From contig CACNNQ010000003.1 of the NCBI GenBank assembly GCA_902621855.1, positions 23,676-87,675 on the forward strand: 64,000 nucleotides of DNA. Direction: 5' to 3'. The notes below the pieces were generated by a model. That model did no database searches. It worked only from the letters and a program-made list of their open reading frames with translations, and was not told where the DNA came from. The translations under genes and the position numbers were made by a program. Of this stretch, positions 1 through 11,788 are shown in pieces. Positions within the stretch are counted from its first letter, which is position 1. Every line of letters starts with the position of its first letter. This stretch comes from an uncultured Alphaproteobacteria bacterium (GTDB lineage: Bacteria > Pseudomonadota > Alphaproteobacteria > HIMB59 > GCA-002718135).

Positions 1-571
1 AATAAACAAATCTGTAGAAATTATAAAAAAAGAATGGGGCACAATTGATTTTATAATTCATGCTGTTGCATTTGCAGATAAGTCAGAGTTAAATGGTAGA
101 TATGTTGATACTACGAAGGATAATTTTATTAATTGTTTGGAAATATCATGTTTTTCTTTAACTAGTCTTGCAAGAAATTTTGAACCTATAATGAATGATG
201 GAGGAAGTATTCTCACCCTTACCTTTTATGGGTCAAATAAAGTAATACCAAATTACAATTTAATGGGAATTGCCAAAGCCGCTTTAGAAACAAGTGTAAA
301 ATACTTGAGTGTAGATTTAGGCACAAAAAATATTCGTGTTAATGCAATCTCAGCAGGACCTATGAGAACAATTGCTGGTGCAGCAATAAATAATGCTAGG
401 CATGTGTATAAATTTACAGAAGAACATTCAGCATTAAAACGAAATGCAAAACTAGATGAAATTGGTAAATCTGCTTTATACTTTGTTAGTGATTTATCTT
501 CTGCAGTTACTGGTGAAGTACATTATGTTGACTGTGGTTACAATATTATTGGAATGCCCAATAAATTCTAA
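1..571 (+). CDS. fabI: Enoyl-ACP reductase, 5'-truncated by window edge
   Basis: Frame is open from base 2 (INKSVEIIKKEWGTIDFIIHAVAFADK...). Motifs YNLMGIAKAALE, RVNAISAGP, VTGEVHYVDCGY. Confidence 0.95.
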   Translation, partial: INKSVEIIKKEWGTIDFIIHAVAFADKSELNGRYVDTTKDNFINCLEISCFSLTSLARNFEPIMNDGGSILTLTFYGSNKVIPNYNLMGIAKAALETSVKYLSVDLGTKNIRVNAISAGPMRTIAGAAINNARHVYKFTEEHSALKRNAKLDEIGKSALYFVSDLSSAVTGEVHYVDCGYNIIGMPNKF

Positions 572-1323
572 AGTTTTTCCAATAAATCTAGAGGATTATC
601 AACAAAAATACTATCAACACCTAAAGAGAAAATATAATTGGCGCTAGATAAATTTATATTTTTATCTGAATAAACAGTTATTGCCATATTGGATTCTTTA
701 ATTTTTTTTATAATATCAGCAGTTACAAGATCTATATTTAATCCACAAATTTTTAAATCATGATTAATTGATATGCTAATCAAATCATCAATATTATATT
801 CTTTAAAATCATCTAATAAAAAACTACGTACAGATTGAGGGTAAAGTTTTGAAATTTCTAAAATAGAGATTAAATCAAATGAAGAGAAAAAAATATCTAT
901 TTTTTTAATATTTTTTGTAATTTTATATATTTGATAAACATTTTCTTTTTCAAAATTTTTATTGGGTTTTAATTCAATATTTAAATTACCATTATTATGA
1001 GTACACAAGCTAAGAATATCTTCTAACTTTGGAACAAAAATATTTGTATTTTCTTTATAAAAAAATTTTCCCGCATCAAGTTTTTTTATGTTCTCATAAT
1101 AATAATCAATTGCAAGCCCACTTCCATTAGTAGTTCTATCAAGTGTATCATCATGAAGTAAAATCGGAACTCTGTCTTTAGAAATTTTAACATCTATTTC
1201 TATAAAACTTAAACCTAAATCGAATGCCTTTGAGATTGATTCTAAAGTGTTTTCTGGACACAGATCTTTTACACCTCTGTGCCCAATTAATTTAGGTAAT
1301 TTAAGAGTTTGCTTCTGCGTCAA
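568..1323 (-). CDS. Glycerophosphodiester phosphodiesterase (UgpQ-like)
   Basis: IGHRG...[24 protein letters not shown] motifs. TTG start overlaps the pnp end. Confidence 0.9.
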   Translation of the reverse strand: MTQKQTLKLPKLIGHRGVKDLCPENTLESISKAFDLGLSFIEIDVKISKDRVPILLHDDTLDRTTNGSGLAIDYYYENIKKLDAGKFFYKENTNIFVPKLEDILSLCTHNNGNLNIELKPNKNFEKENVYQIYKITKNIKKIDIFFSSFDLISILEISKLYPQSVRSFLLDDFKEYNIDDLISISINHDLKICGLNIDLVTADIIKKIKESNMAITVYSDKNINLSSANYIFSLGVDSIFVDNPLDLLEKL

Positions 1324-3394
1324 CTGCTTTCATAGAAAGTTTTATTTTTCCTCTTGAGTCGATATCCAATACTTTTACTTTAACGATATCTCCTTCACTA
1401 ATAACATCTTCAACTTTCTCTACTCTTTCATTTTTTAATTGACTAATATGAACAAGACCATCTGTAGATCCCATGAAATTAACAAAAGCGCCAAAGTCCA
1501 TTATCTTTATAACTTTACCATCATAAATTTTACCAATCTCTGGTTCTTCGACAATACCTTTGATCCATTCTAATGCATCATTTCCAGATTTTTGATCTAC
1601 AGCTGCAATACTCACTAAACCTTCATCATTGATTTCAATTTTAGCTCCAGTTGTTTCAGATATTTCTCTTATAACTGCTCCTCCTTTACCAATAACTTCT
1701 CTAATTTTATCTTTATTTATTTGTAAATTAGTTATTGTTGGCGCGTATTGAGAGATCGATTTATTAGGTTTATCAATTGCTTTAGCCATTTCACCAAGTA
1801 TATGGAAGCGCCCATCTTTAGCTTGCGCTAATGCTTCTTCCATAATTTCAGCTGTGATACTAGTTATTTTAATATCCATTTGTAATGAAGTTATTCCTTC
1901 AGAAGTTCCTGCAACTTTAAAATCCATATCACCAAGATGATCTTCATCACCAAGTATGTCTGATAATATTACATATTTATCATTCTCTTTAATTAAGCCC
2001 ATCGCGATACCTGCTACTGGTCTTTCTAAAGGCACTCCCGCATCCATTAAAGACATTGAGGTACCACAAACAGTTGCCATAGAGCTAGAACCATTAGATT
2101 CTGTAATTTCGGATACAACTCTATAAGTGTAAGGAAACTTTTCTTTAGAAGGTAACATTGGATGAATAGCTCTCCAGGCTAATTTTCCATGTCCTATTTC
2201 TCTTCTACTGGTAGAACCTATTCTTCCAACTTCTCCAACAGAGTAAGGTGGAAAATTATAGTGCAACATAAAATTTTCTGTATATTCGCCGTCAATCGCA
2301 TCTATTCTTTGCTCGTCTTGTCCAGTTCCTAAAGTTGAAACTACAAGAGCTTGTGTTTCTCCTCTTGTAAATAATGCAGACCCATGAGTTCTTTCTAAAA
2401 CTCCAGTTTCGCAAACAATTGGACGGACTGTTTTTGTATCTCTTCCATCAATTCTATTACCAGAATTAATTAATTCTCCTCTAACTATATCTTTTTCTAC
2501 ATTTTTTATTGCATCTGAAACTAATACTGGTGATAGTGTTTCACTTACAAATTTTTCAGAAATTTCGTTTCTTAGTGAGGATAATTTTTCTGATCTTTTT
2601 TGTTTTTCAGTTATTTTATACGCATCTATGAACTCTTTACCAAAGTCTTCGTTGATCTTAGATGGTAGACTTTTAATTTCTTCATCTTTTTCTTTAAGAT
2701 CCCAAGGTTCTTTTGCAGCTTTTTTAGCTAAGGAAATTATTGCTTCAATAACTGTTTTATAATTTTCTTGACCGAGAACTACTGCATCTAGCATTTGTTT
2801 TTCTGAAAGCTCATGAGCTTCAGACTCGATCATCAATACACCTTCCTTAGTCCCTGCTAATACCAATTCTAGTTTAGAATTTGATAATTGACTCTTACTC
2901 GGGTTAACCACAAATTCATCATCAATAAAACCTATCTTAATTGCTCCGAGTGGTCCTAAAAATGGCAAACCAGATAAAGTTAATGCAGCACTTGCTGCTA
3001 CCATTGCTACAACATCTGAGTCATTTTCTTGATCATGTGATAATACAGTACAAGTAACTTGAGTCTCATTTTTAAAATCTTTATGAAATAGAGGTCTAAC
3101 TGGCCTATCAATTAATCGAGAAACTAATGTTTCTTTTTCAGTTGGTCTAGCCTCTCTTTTAAAAAAACCACCAGGTATTTTTCCTACAGAATAATATTTT
3201 TCTTGATAATTTACAGTTAAGGGGAAAAAATCCATATCTGGATTTGCTTCTTTTGCAGCTACTACATTGCACATAACTGTCGTACCCCCATAAGTGGCTA
3301 TAACTGTTGAGTCAGCTTGTCTTGCTATTTTTCCAGTTTCTAATTTAAGTTTTCTTCCAGCCCATTCAATTTCTACATTTTTAACATCAAACAT
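1301..3394 (-). CDS. pnp: Polyribonucleotide nucleotidyltransferase
   Basis: [36 protein letters not shown]; C-terminal KH and S1 domains. Confidence 0.99.
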   Translation of the reverse strand: MFDVKNVEIEWAGRKLKLETGKIARQADSTVIATYGGTTVMCNVVAAKEANPDMDFFPLTVNYQEKYYSVGKIPGGFFKREARPTEKETLVSRLIDRPVRPLFHKDFKNETQVTCTVLSHDQENDSDVVAMVAASAALTLSGLPFLGPLGAIKIGFIDDEFVVNPSKSQLSNSKLELVLAGTKEGVLMIESEAHELSEKQMLDAVVLGQENYKTVIEAIISLAKKAAKEPWDLKEKDEEIKSLPSKINEDFGKEFIDAYKITEKQKRSEKLSSLRNEISEKFVSETLSPVLVSDAIKNVEKDIVRGELINSGNRIDGRDTKTVRPIVCETGVLERTHGSALFTRGETQALVVSTLGTGQDEQRIDAIDGEYTENFMLHYNFPPYSVGEVGRIGSTSRREIGHGKLAWRAIHPMLPSKEKFPYTYRVVSEITESNGSSSMATVCGTSMSLMDAGVPLERPVAGIAMGLIKENDKYVILSDILGDEDHLGDMDFKVAGTSEGITSLQMDIKITSITAEIMEEALAQAKDGRFHILGEMAKAIDKPNKSISQYAPTITNLQINKDKIREVIGKGGAVIREISETTGAKIEINDEGLVSIAAVDQKSGNDALEWIKGIVEEPEIGKIYDGKVIKIMDFGAFVNFMGSTDGLVHISQLKNERVEKVEDVISEGDIVKVKVLDIDSRGKIKLSMKAVDAEANS

Positions 3395-3416
3395 AATTTT
3401 TATTTATCCTCTTTTT

Positions 3417-3686
3417 TTAACCTCTAATATTTAATTTTTTTATTAAATCTGAATATTCAGATTTATTTTTTTTAGATAAGTAGTTTAATAATTTTTTTCT
3501 TTTATTAACTAATGATACTAGTCCTCTTTTTGAATGATTATCTTTATTGTGAGTCTTAAAATGTTCAGTTAAATTTTTTATTCTTTCTGTTAAAACTGCT
3601 ATCTGAACACCTGCTGATCCAGTATCTTTTTCATTTTTAGAAAATTCATTAATAAGATTTTTTTTATTTTCTTTAGTTATCGACAT
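3417..3686 (-). CDS. rpsO: 30S ribosomal protein S15
   Basis: DTGS..VQIA.LT.RI..LTEH...DNHSKRGL; 89 aa; located between truB and pnp. Confidence 0.98.
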   Translation of the reverse strand: MSITKENKKNLINEFSKNEKDTGSAGVQIAVLTERIKNLTEHFKTHNKDNHSKRGLVSLVNKRKKLLNYLSKKNKSEYSDLIKKLNIRG

Positions 3687-3694
3687 CGGTTCTC

Positions 3695-4600
3695 CTATAT
3701 TAATATTTTATTTGGTTTAAACAAATTACCATCTAATTTGCCTATTGAGACAATGTCTCCTTTCTTAAATAAAAAAATATTTTTTTTATCTAAGTTTATT
3801 GACGAAGGATTTATAATTTTTCTTTCATCAATTTTAATAGATCTTCCAAAAGATAAATTTTCAATATCTAGTTTTTCTTCAATTTCATAAGCCAAGATGT
3901 CGTCCAGCATAGAAATTGTAGTGGAGATACAATTAATTTCTTCGTGCGTTTGTCCTATTTTTAGAAGATCGTCCAGTAAAATCGAATTTTTTTCACTGAA
4001 TTTACCTACTTTTGACCTTTTTAATGAGGAAATGTGTCCATATGTTTTAAGATCTATAGCTAAATCACGAGCTAGACTTCTAACATAAAAGCCCTGTCCA
4101 CATAAAATTTTAAATGACGTTTTGTTAATACTGTGATCAGTAATACACAAATCTTTGATAAAAACTTTTTTTGGTTGTATCGTAAATTTTTTATTTTCTC
4201 TAAATAATTTATAAGCTCTTTTACCATTAATTTTAACTGCTGAAACTTTTGGAGGTATCTGACTTATAAAACCAGTATAATTAATAATTTTTTTTTCTAT
4301 TTCTTTTCTTTTAGGGAGGTAACTTGATTCAAATAAAATTTTACCCTCTGCATCATCTGTTGTTGTTTGAGTTCCCCAGGTTACTATAAACTCATATTCT
4401 TTATTCATATTGCTAATATATGGAATTAGTTTTGTTGCTTTTCCTATTGCAATTGGTAACACACCCTCTGCCATAGGATCTAAAGTACCCGCATGACCAA
4501 TTTTATTAATTGAAAATTTTTTTTTTATTGAATTAATGGCTTTAAAAGAGGTAATATTTTTAGGTTTGTATAAATTTATCCAACCTTGTTTTGAAGTCAT
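3695..4600 (-). CDS. truB: tRNA pseudouridine(55) synthase
   Basis: [39 protein letters not shown]. Confidence 0.97.
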   Translation of the reverse strand: MTSKQGWINLYKPKNITSFKAINSIKKKFSINKIGHAGTLDPMAEGVLPIAIGKATKLIPYISNMNKEYEFIVTWGTQTTTDDAEGKILFESSYLPKRKEIEKKIINYTGFISQIPPKVSAVKINGKRAYKLFRENKKFTIQPKKVFIKDLCITDHSINKTSFKILCGQGFYVRSLARDLAIDLKTYGHISSLKRSKVGKFSEKNSILLDDLLKIGQTHEEINCISTTISMLDDILAYEIEEKLDIENLSFGRSIKIDERKIINPSSINLDKKNIFLFKKGDIVSIGKLDGNLFKPNKILI

Positions 4601-4965
4601 TACTTAATATCTCTAATGACATTTTTATTTAATAAAAGATTTTCAATTTTTTCTGCTTCATCAAATGTATCGTCTAGATAAAAAGAAAGCTTTGGTGTAA
4701 ATTTTGAATTAATCTTTGCTTTTGATAGAAATTTTTGAAAAATATATTTTCTATCATTTAGGGCTTCTAAAATTAGTATTTTGTCTTTACCTCCAAGAGG
4801 CATAAAATAAACATTAGCAATCTTTAAATCTCTAGACATCCTAACAAATGATATTGTAACTGATGTGAAACTAATATTGTTATCAAAAAAATCTTCTTTT
4901 AGTAAACAATCACTCAACAATGATCTAATTAGTTCACCGAATCTGATTTGCCTTTGTGTATCCAT
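4600..4965 (-). CDS. rbfA: Ribosome-binding factor A
   Basis: RQIRFGELIR, VRMSRDLKIANVY, TPKLSFYLD; located between infB and truB. Confidence 0.93.
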   Translation of the reverse strand: MDTQRQIRFGELIRSLLSDCLLKEDFFDNNISFTSVTISFVRMSRDLKIANVYFMPLGGKDKILILEALNDRKYIFQKFLSKAKINSKFTPKLSFYLDDTFDEAEKIENLLLNKNVIRDIK

Positions 4966-4977
4966 AGTAAAAAAACA

Positions 4978-7218
4978 TTATAACTTTCTACTGGTAGAAA
5001 TTTCTTCAAATGTTTCAATAATATCACCTACTTTAATATCACTATAATTTTCTAACATTACCCCACATTCAAAACCTGACTTTACCTCAGATACCTCTTC
5101 TTTAAATCTTTTAAGACTACTAATATGACCTTTATGAATTACAATATTATCTCTTAAAATTCTAATCTGTGACTTTCTAGAAATATGCCCATCTTTAACC
5201 ATACAACCGGCAATATTTCCAATCTTTGATATATTAAATACCTCTCTAATCTCTACATTACCGGTAATACTTTCAGAAATATCAGGTTTTAAAAGACCAG
5301 TTAGAAGATTTTTTACATCGTCAATAAGTTCATAGATAATTGAATAATATTTTATATCCACACCATCTCTTTTTGCTATGTCTCTTGCATGTGGTAGTGC
5401 TCTAACATTAAAACCAACTATAAAACCTTTACTAGAAGCTGCTAAAGTAACATCACTCTCAGTAATTGCACCAACACCTTTGAAGATAACATTAACTTTA
5501 ACTTCATCAGTTGAAAGTTTAACTATTGAATTTTCAATTGCTTCTGCTGAACCTTGAACATCGGTTTTAATTACTACAGGGAGATTAGTTGCTTCACCTT
5601 TATTTATTTGTGCAAACATTTCTTCAACATTTGATTTTGCAACTGTATTTTTTTGAATTTGCAATTTACTTGATCTAAATTCTGCAATTTTACGAGCAAT
5701 ACTCTCATTTTCTACTACAATAAAATCATCGCCAGCTAATGGATTTGAATCAAATCCTAATACTTCAACCGGAACTGATGGTTCTGCTTGCTTAATATTT
5801 TTACCCTTGTCGTCAATTAAAGCTTTTACTTTTCCCCACTCAGATCCTGATATAAAAATATCACTAACTTTTAATGTGCCTTTTTGCACAAGAACAGTTG
5901 CAACTGAACCTCGACCCTTTTCTAATTTAGATTCAATTACAGATCCTCTAGCTTTTCTATCTGGATTAGCTTTAAGATTAAGTAGATCAGCTTGTAAATG
6001 AATTGCCTCTTCTAATTTATCTAAATTTGTTCCTTTAGTTGCAGATACTTCTATATCTAAAACATCACCACTTAATTTTTCAACAATAACTTCGTGATTA
6101 AGTAATTCATTTCTAACTTTATCTGGATCAGAGCCTGGAAGATCAATTTTGTTAATAGCAACTATAATTGGTACTTGAGCAGATTTTGCATGAGCTATTG
6201 ACTCAATTGTCTGCGGTTTTATTCCATCATCAGCTGCCACAACTAATATGACTATGTCAGTTGTTTTAGAGCCTCTAGCTCTCATATTAGAAAAAGCGGC
6301 ATGGCCTGGTGTATCAATAAATGTAATTTTCTTATTGTTATTATTTATTTGATAAGCTCCAATATGTTGAGTAATACCTCCAGCTTCACCAGATACTACA
6401 TTACTTTCTCTAAAAGCATCAAGCAGAGAAGTTTTTCCATGATCAACATGTCCCATAATTGTCACTACAGGTGCTCTTTTTATAAGACTATCTTCTTTGT
6501 CTTCAAAGTCTTTTATATCATTTAGTACATCATCATCTTTTACTACGGTTACTTTATGGCCTAATTCTTCAGCAACTAATTGGGCTGTATCAGATTCTAA
6601 TGACTGTGTTGCATTTGCCATAACACCCATTTTCATTAAAACTTTGACTACATCTGCAGTTTTTTCTGCCATTCTGTTAGCTAAATCTTGAACAGTAATA
6701 TAATCAGGGATAGAAATTTCTCTAGAAATTTTGCTATCCTCTTCATCGCTTATAGATTTTTGTTTCTCCTTTTCTCTTGCCCTTTTAATTTTTGCAAGAC
6801 TTGGAAACTTATCAAATTCTTGTTCCTCTTGTTCTAAAATTTTTTTTGCGTCATATTTATTAAAATCATCTTCAATAGGTTTTAGCGTTGATTTTTTAGG
6901 TTGGTTTTTCTTCGTATCTATATTTTTTTTATTTTTATTTTCAAAATTTTTACCTTTATTTAAAGAATTAAAATTTGGGGAGGTTTGATTCAATACTGAT
7001 CTTGGTGATCTGAGGCTTGATGACCCTCTAAAATTTGATTGAGCAGTTGAAGAGCTCTTTTGTTGATTATTTTTATTTTTGAAAACTATTTGAATAGTTT
7101 TTTTATTACCAGATGTTCTAGCTTTTTCTCCAGATGGACCAAGATTTTTTCTTATTTGGAGTCTACCAGAAGAAGAGAGTTTGAGTGGTTTTTTTTTATT
7201 TCCTTTGTCTTTTTCCAA
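4978..7218 (-). CDS. infB: Translation initiation factor IF-2
   Basis: [36 protein letters not shown]. Confidence 0.99.
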   Translation of the reverse strand: MEKDKGNKKKPLKLSSSGRLQIRKNLGPSGEKARTSGNKKTIQIVFKNKNNQQKSSSTAQSNFRGSSSLRSPRSVLNQTSPNFNSLNKGKNFENKNKKNIDTKKNQPKKSTLKPIEDDFNKYDAKKILEQEEQEFDKFPSLAKIKRAREKEKQKSISDEEDSKISREISIPDYITVQDLANRMAEKTADVVKVLMKMGVMANATQSLESDTAQLVAEELGHKVTVVKDDDVLNDIKDFEDKEDSLIKRAPVVTIMGHVDHGKTSLLDAFRESNVVSGEAGGITQHIGAYQINNNNKKITFIDTPGHAAFSNMRARGSKTTDIVILVVAADDGIKPQTIESIAHAKSAQVPIIVAINKIDLPGSDPDKVRNELLNHEVIVEKLSGDVLDIEVSATKGTNLDKLEEAIHLQADLLNLKANPDRKARGSVIESKLEKGRGSVATVLVQKGTLKVSDIFISGSEWGKVKALIDDKGKNIKQAEPSVPVEVLGFDSNPLAGDDFIVVENESIARKIAEFRSSKLQIQKNTVAKSNVEEMFAQINKGEATNLPVVIKTDVQGSAEAIENSIVKLSTDEVKVNVIFKGVGAITESDVTLAASSKGFIVGFNVRALPHARDIAKRDGVDIKYYSIIYELIDDVKNLLTGLLKPDISESITGNVEIREVFNISKIGNIAGCMVKDGHISRKSQIRILRDNIVIHKGHISSLKRFKEEVSEVKSGFECGVMLENYSDIKVGDIIETFEEISTSRKL

Positions 7219-7227
7219 TTTAATTTC

Positions 7228-8754
7228 CTATTCGTTAAACCAATTTTCTCTAGCTTTCATAATCATCTTATTTATATCTTCTTCTTCAATATCTAAATCT
7301 TTGAGAATGCCTTCATCTTTATCAATTAATTCAAATGTTGCTAAATCAGCAAAGTCATTGAGTGTAAAAATATTTGACTTAGCCAATTCAGCTAATATTT
7401 TGTTGTCCATCCCTTCTAAATTTTTTAAATTATCATCTTTTATCTTTTCTTCTATTATTTTTATATTAGCCTCTTCTTGATCCTTAATGTAATTTTTAGA
7501 TCTTTCTAAAATTTCACTAGCTAAATCTGAGTCGAAACCTTCAATTTTTTCAATATTTTCTAATGTTTCATTAGCTATAGACTCAATTGATGTGTAACCA
7601 TCTGTAACCAGCAACTGTGCGATGACATCTTCAACATCTAGTAGTTCTGAAATAAGTAGACTTTTTTCTTTAAATTCTTGTTGTCTTCTCTCTGATTCTT
7701 CTTCTTCTGTAAGTATATCGATTTCAAGATTAGTTAGGTTAGATGCAAGCTTTACATTTTGACCTTTTCTTCCGATAGCAAGGCTTAATTGTTCATCAGG
7801 TATAACAACCTCAACTTTATTTCTTTCTTCGTATAAAAAAATTTTACTAACCTCTGCAGGGGCTAATGCATTTGCTAAAAAAGTTGCCTGATTATCTGAC
7901 CATGTTACAATATCAATTTTTTCACCCTGTAATTCATTTACAACAGCTTGTACCCTTGAGCCCCTCATACCAACACATGCACCTACTGGATCTATTGTTG
8001 AATCTTCAGTATAAACACTAATTTTTGCCCTTGAACCAGGGTCCCTAGCAACACTTTTTACAACTATTACGTTTTCATATATTTCAGGAACCTCTTGATG
8101 AAAAAGTCTAGAAAGAAAGTTTGGATGTGTCCTAGAGAGAAATACTTGGTATCCCTTTACATCGTTCTTAACTTCGTAGATGTATGCCCTTACTCTATCT
8201 CCATTTTTGAAAGTTTCTCTTGGTATTAATTCTTCTCTTTTAATAATAGCTTCACTTTTACCAAGATCAATTATTAAGTTACCGAATTCAAGTCTCTTAA
8301 CAATCCCTACGGCAATTTCTCCAACTTTATCTTTAAACTCTTCATATTGCTTAGACTTATCAGCTTCTCTAACTTTTTGTATAATTACACCTTTAGCATT
8401 TTGAGCAGCAACTCTTCCTAATTCTATTGGTGGTAGTTCTTTAATTATAAATTCACCTAAATTTATTTTTGAATCAATTTTTTTTGCATCATCCAATAGT
8501 ATTTGTCTTGATTGAAATTCCTCATCTATCTTATCTACAACCTCAAGATAAGAATTCAGTTTAATATCACCTGTAGATCTATCAATACTAATTCTTATAT
8601 CAATTTCTTGACCATATTTTACTCTTGCGGATTTTTCGAGTGCTTGTTCCATAGCTGAGAAAACAGCATCTTGATCAATATTTTTTTCCTGTGCTACATT
8701 TGTAGCAACTTGCAACATCTCTTCCCTAATTACATTGTATTTTTTTTTAGCCAT
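7228..8754 (-). CDS. nusA: Transcription termination factor NusA (start re-called to ATG at 8754, MAKKKYNVIREEMLQ)
   Basis: GRVAAQNAK, ARDPGSRAK, DPVGACVGMRGSRV, LSLAIGRKGQNV. The ORF-track N-extension overlaps trmB and spans a terminator hairpin. Confidence 0.97.
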   Translation of the reverse strand: MAKKKYNVIREEMLQVATNVAQEKNIDQDAVFSAMEQALEKSARVKYGQEIDIRISIDRSTGDIKLNSYLEVVDKIDEEFQSRQILLDDAKKIDSKINLGEFIIKELPPIELGRVAAQNAKGVIIQKVREADKSKQYEEFKDKVGEIAVGIVKRLEFGNLIIDLGKSEAIIKREELIPRETFKNGDRVRAYIYEVKNDVKGYQVFLSRTHPNFLSRLFHQEVPEIYENVIVVKSVARDPGSRAKISVYTEDSTIDPVGACVGMRGSRVQAVVNELQGEKIDIVTWSDNQATFLANALAPAEVSKIFLYEERNKVEVVIPDEQLSLAIGRKGQNVKLASNLTNLEIDILTEEEESERRQQEFKEKSLLISELLDVEDVIAQLLVTDGYTSIESIANETLENIEKIEGFDSDLASEILERSKNYIKDQEEANIKIIEEKIKDDNLKNLEGMDNKILAELAKSNIFTLNDFADLATFELIDKDEGILKDLDIEEEDINKMIMKARENWFNE

Positions 8755-8768
8755 ATTTATTAATTTAT

Positions 8769-8794
8769 AAAAAAAAGGTGGGAAATCCCACCTT
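8769..8794 (-). terminator. Intrinsic terminator/attenuator immediately upstream of nusA
   Basis: Minus strand AAGGTGGGA-TT-TCCCACCTT running into a T-tract; ends ~14 nt before the nusA ATG. Confidence 0.75.
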
Positions 8795-8836
8795 AATAAT
8801 ATGTTCCCTATATTAAAATTATTGAAAAATTCAAGC

Positions 8837-9496
8837 CTATATTTTTGTAAGTATGAATATCGAGGGCTTTTTACCAGAAATGATTGCCTTATTATAATAT
8901 TTCGTTTCCAGATCATAGTAATCATTTAAATCCAAATACATATTTCTTTGATTATTCCAATTAAACAAATCTTTAACATTAAAAATACATTTAAATATTT
9001 GTTTGGAGTACGATAGTGAATCTGTGGCTATTACAATTTCTCCATTTGGTTGTAGAAAAATATTTAATTTTTTTAAAAAATCATTTGTGATCAATCTTCT
9101 CTTAATATGTTTTTTTTTAGGCCAAGGATCAGGAAATAATATATAAATTTTTTTTAATTTTATATCTTGATTAAGATTATCTAGAAATTGGTTAACATTA
9201 CCAGGATAAATTCTTATATTTGTAACACCATGATTTTCAATTTTATTTACTAAATTTAAATTTCCATTAATGTAAGTTTCACAAGATATAATTATATTTT
9301 TTTTATTATTAGTAGATAAGAAAATAGTACTCTCTCCATAACCTGACCCAATGTCTAAAATATAGTTTGTTTTTTTATCTAATTTTTTAATTATATATTT
9401 TTCAGTTTTTAAAAGAAAATTTTCCTTGGTAATACTTTTTTTGCCTCTACTCCTGGTTCTGCCATAAACTCTATATTTAAAATTATCTATGTTCAT
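8837..9496 (-). CDS. trmB: tRNA (guanine-N7)-methyltransferase
   Basis: LDIGSGYGE, FPDPWPKKKHIKRR, ATD, ETKY. Confidence 0.93.
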   Translation of the reverse strand: MNIDNFKYRVYGRTRSRGKKSITKENFLLKTEKYIIKKLDKKTNYILDIGSGYGESTIFLSTNNKKNIIISCETYINGNLNLVNKIENHGVTNIRIYPGNVNQFLDNLNQDIKLKKIYILFPDPWPKKKHIKRRLITNDFLKKLNIFLQPNGEIVIATDSLSYSKQIFKCIFNVKDLFNWNNQRNMYLDLNDYYDLETKYYNKAIISGKKPSIFILTKI

Positions 9497-10943
9497 TTTT
9501 TTTTTGATTAAATAAAAAAGATAAAAAAACTAAAATAAAAAAATAAATTTTAATAACATTATGTGTTTTAAAGTAATTTATATTGTTATTTAAATGTATT
9601 GAGTGATTAGACGAATGCTGCATGTTAAGATTAGTAGTCATAATAATCTTTCCATTGTTATCCACAATACCTGAAATACCATTATTTGAGACTCGAATAA
9701 TAGGTTTGTTAAATTCTGCAGCTCTAATTTTTGAAAAATAAAAATGCTGATATGGACCTAATAAATTACCAAACCACGAGTCATTAGTTATATTGATAAT
9801 AAAATTACTATTACGATTAAAATTATTAATTATTTTCCAGTAAAAAATTATTTCATAACAAATTATTGGAATATAATTGATTTTCGAATTTAATTTAATA
9901 ATTCTTTGTGTTTGTCCTGTTTGATAATCTATGAGCCCAGAAATAGGTTCAAAAAAATTTATAAAGTCTCTAAAAGGTAAAAATTCTCCGAAAGGAACAA
10001 GAATTTTTTTATCAAAATATTTTACTTTATCATGTGTGATATTTAAGAATGTATTAAAATACTTACTATCTTCTATTCTTGTACCGCCTATTATAACTGT
10101 TTGATTTCTCTTCAATACACTTTGAATTTCATCTATTTTAAGATCATCTATTAAATATGGATAATTGTTTTCTGCAAAGATAATAAGTTCAGCATTGCTC
10201 TTATAAATATAGCTAATAATAGTATCCATTTTCACTATAGAGTTATTATCTAAAGCTTGATTTTGATGATTGAGTTGAATAATTTGAAAATTTAAATTTT
10301 CTTCAAATAATGCAAGATCTCTATGTTTAAAGTTATGATATAAAATTATTAGAACTAAAGGTATCAGACAAAAAAGAGAAAATGTTTTGAGAAAAAATTT
10401 ATACAGATCAATTTTTATAAATAAGTATGGTAAGCAAAATAATTGTATTACAATATAACTAGTAATCAAGGTTCCAAAATTTTTTAAAATAAAAGAGAAA
10501 TATTCATTACTTGATACAATTAATGAAAAGGAAACCCATGGAAAGCCATAAAAAATATTTGCTATGATATATTCCGATAAAACAAAAATTATTGGAATTT
10601 TAAATATTGTTGGTAGATATTTATTAAACTTAATTATAATTAAAAAAATGCAAGTAAAAATTAGACCTAACAAAATAATTAAAATAAAGGATAAAAAAAA
10701 TAGTTTTTTTGTATCTTCAAATACATAAAATGGATTCTGTATCCAAAATAAAAAATTAGTAAAAAAACCTATGCTAAATAAAAAAATATTTATAAATGTT
10801 ATATTTTTTTTTAAATTGTTTTGCTTATAGTCAGTATAATGACATAAAAATGGGAATATGATAAAACCAAATGGAAAGAAAAAATAAGGAGGGAATAGTA
10901 AAGACGTAAGATATCCAAATATTAAAAAAATTACTTTATTCAA
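9483..10943 (-). CDS. lnt: Apolipoprotein N-acyltransferase
   Basis: GFPW, KKILVPFGEF, ICYE, TNDSWFG, RVSNNGIS. Confidence 0.93.
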   Translation of the reverse strand: MNKVIFLIFGYLTSLLFPPYFFFPFGFIIFPFLCHYTDYKQNNLKKNITFINIFLFSIGFFTNFLFWIQNPFYVFEDTKKLFFLSFILIILLGLIFTCIFLIIIKFNKYLPTIFKIPIIFVLSEYIIANIFYGFPWVSFSLIVSSNEYFSFILKNFGTLITSYIVIQLFCLPYLFIKIDLYKFFLKTFSLFCLIPLVLIILYHNFKHRDLALFEENLNFQIIQLNHQNQALDNNSIVKMDTIISYIYKSNAELIIFAENNYPYLIDDLKIDEIQSVLKRNQTVIIGGTRIEDSKYFNTFLNITHDKVKYFDKKILVPFGEFLPFRDFINFFEPISGLIDYQTGQTQRIIKLNSKINYIPIICYEIIFYWKIINNFNRNSNFIINITNDSWFGNLLGPYQHFYFSKIRAAEFNKPIIRVSNNGISGIVDNNGKIIMTTNLNMQHSSNHSIHLNNNINYFKTHNVIKIYFFILVFLSFLFNQKKNEHR

Positions 10944-11788
10944 TTATTTTTTTTAATTTCTAAAGTTTCTATTTTTCTATTATTAGATTTTATAATTTTT
11001 ATGAGCAAATTATTATCAATTTCAATTACTTCATTACTATTAGGTATTCTATTAATTTTTGAGTAAACAAGACCACCGACTGTAAAAATTTCATCTTCGT
11101 TATTTTTATCAATTTTAATTTTAAAAAATTCTTCTAAATCTTCTAGTCTGTAACTAGAGTCTACAATGATAGCATTCTTTGATTTATCTAAAATTAATTC
11201 ATCTTTGTCTTCTGCATCGTGCTCATCTTCTATTTCACCAACAATTTCTTCTACAAGGTCTTCGATAGTTACAAGACCGTCTACCCCTCCTACTCCATCT
11301 ACCACAAGGCCAAGATGAATTTTTGAGGATCTCATTGTTTTTAAAAAATCTAATATTGGTGATTTTGGAGCTACATATAGTACCTCTCTCAATATATTAT
11401 TAATATTAAAATCTTTTTGATCAGCTTTCATAAAATCTTTTATGTGAAAAAAACCAACAACATTATCAAGGTTTTTTTTATATACTGGCATTCTAGAGTG
11501 ACTTTCTTCTTTGATTACATCTAAAATTTCATAGTAAGATTGATAATAATCAACAGCAATAATTTCGCTTCTTGGAACCATTAAATCATCAACACTTTTT
11601 TCATTTAATTTTAAAATATTTTTAATTAAGTTTTTTTCATTATTGTCATTGATATCTGTTGAGTCACTTTCTTTACTTTCATTAGCTATGTAATTTAAGA
11701 TATCTTCTTTAGTAGAATCATTAGTCAAAAGTTTCTTAATAATCCAGTTTTTCCAACTATACGTCTTGTCAATATTATTTTTGTTCAT
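10940..11788 (-). CDS. corC: CBS/CorC-HlyC domain protein (YbeX/CorC family)
   Basis: MVPRSEI, HSRMPVY, GLVTIEDLVEEIVGEIEDEHD; located between ybeY and lnt. Confidence 0.88.
   Translation of the reverse strand: MNKNNIDKTYSWKNWIIKKLLTNDSTKEDILNYIANESKESDSTDINDNNEKNLIKNILKLNEKSVDDLMVPRSEIIAVDYYQSYYEILDVIKEESHSRMPVYKKNLDNVVGFFHIKDFMKADQKDFNINNILREVLYVAPKSPILDFLKTMRSSKIHLGLVVDGVGGVDGLVTIEDLVEEIVGEIEDEHDAEDKDELILDKSKNAIIVDSSYRLEDLEEFFKIKIDKNNEDEIFTVGGLVYSKINRIPNSNEVIEIDNNLLIKIIKSNNRKIETLEIKKNN

Noticed and set aside
3687-3694. rpsO (S15) autoregulatory leader
   Set aside because: The 8-bp gap holds only an RBS; no structure could be supported.
8755-8925. 57-aa N-terminal extension of NusA in the ORF track
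   Set aside because: Overlaps trmB and runs through a terminator hairpin; NusA-like sequence starts at 8754.
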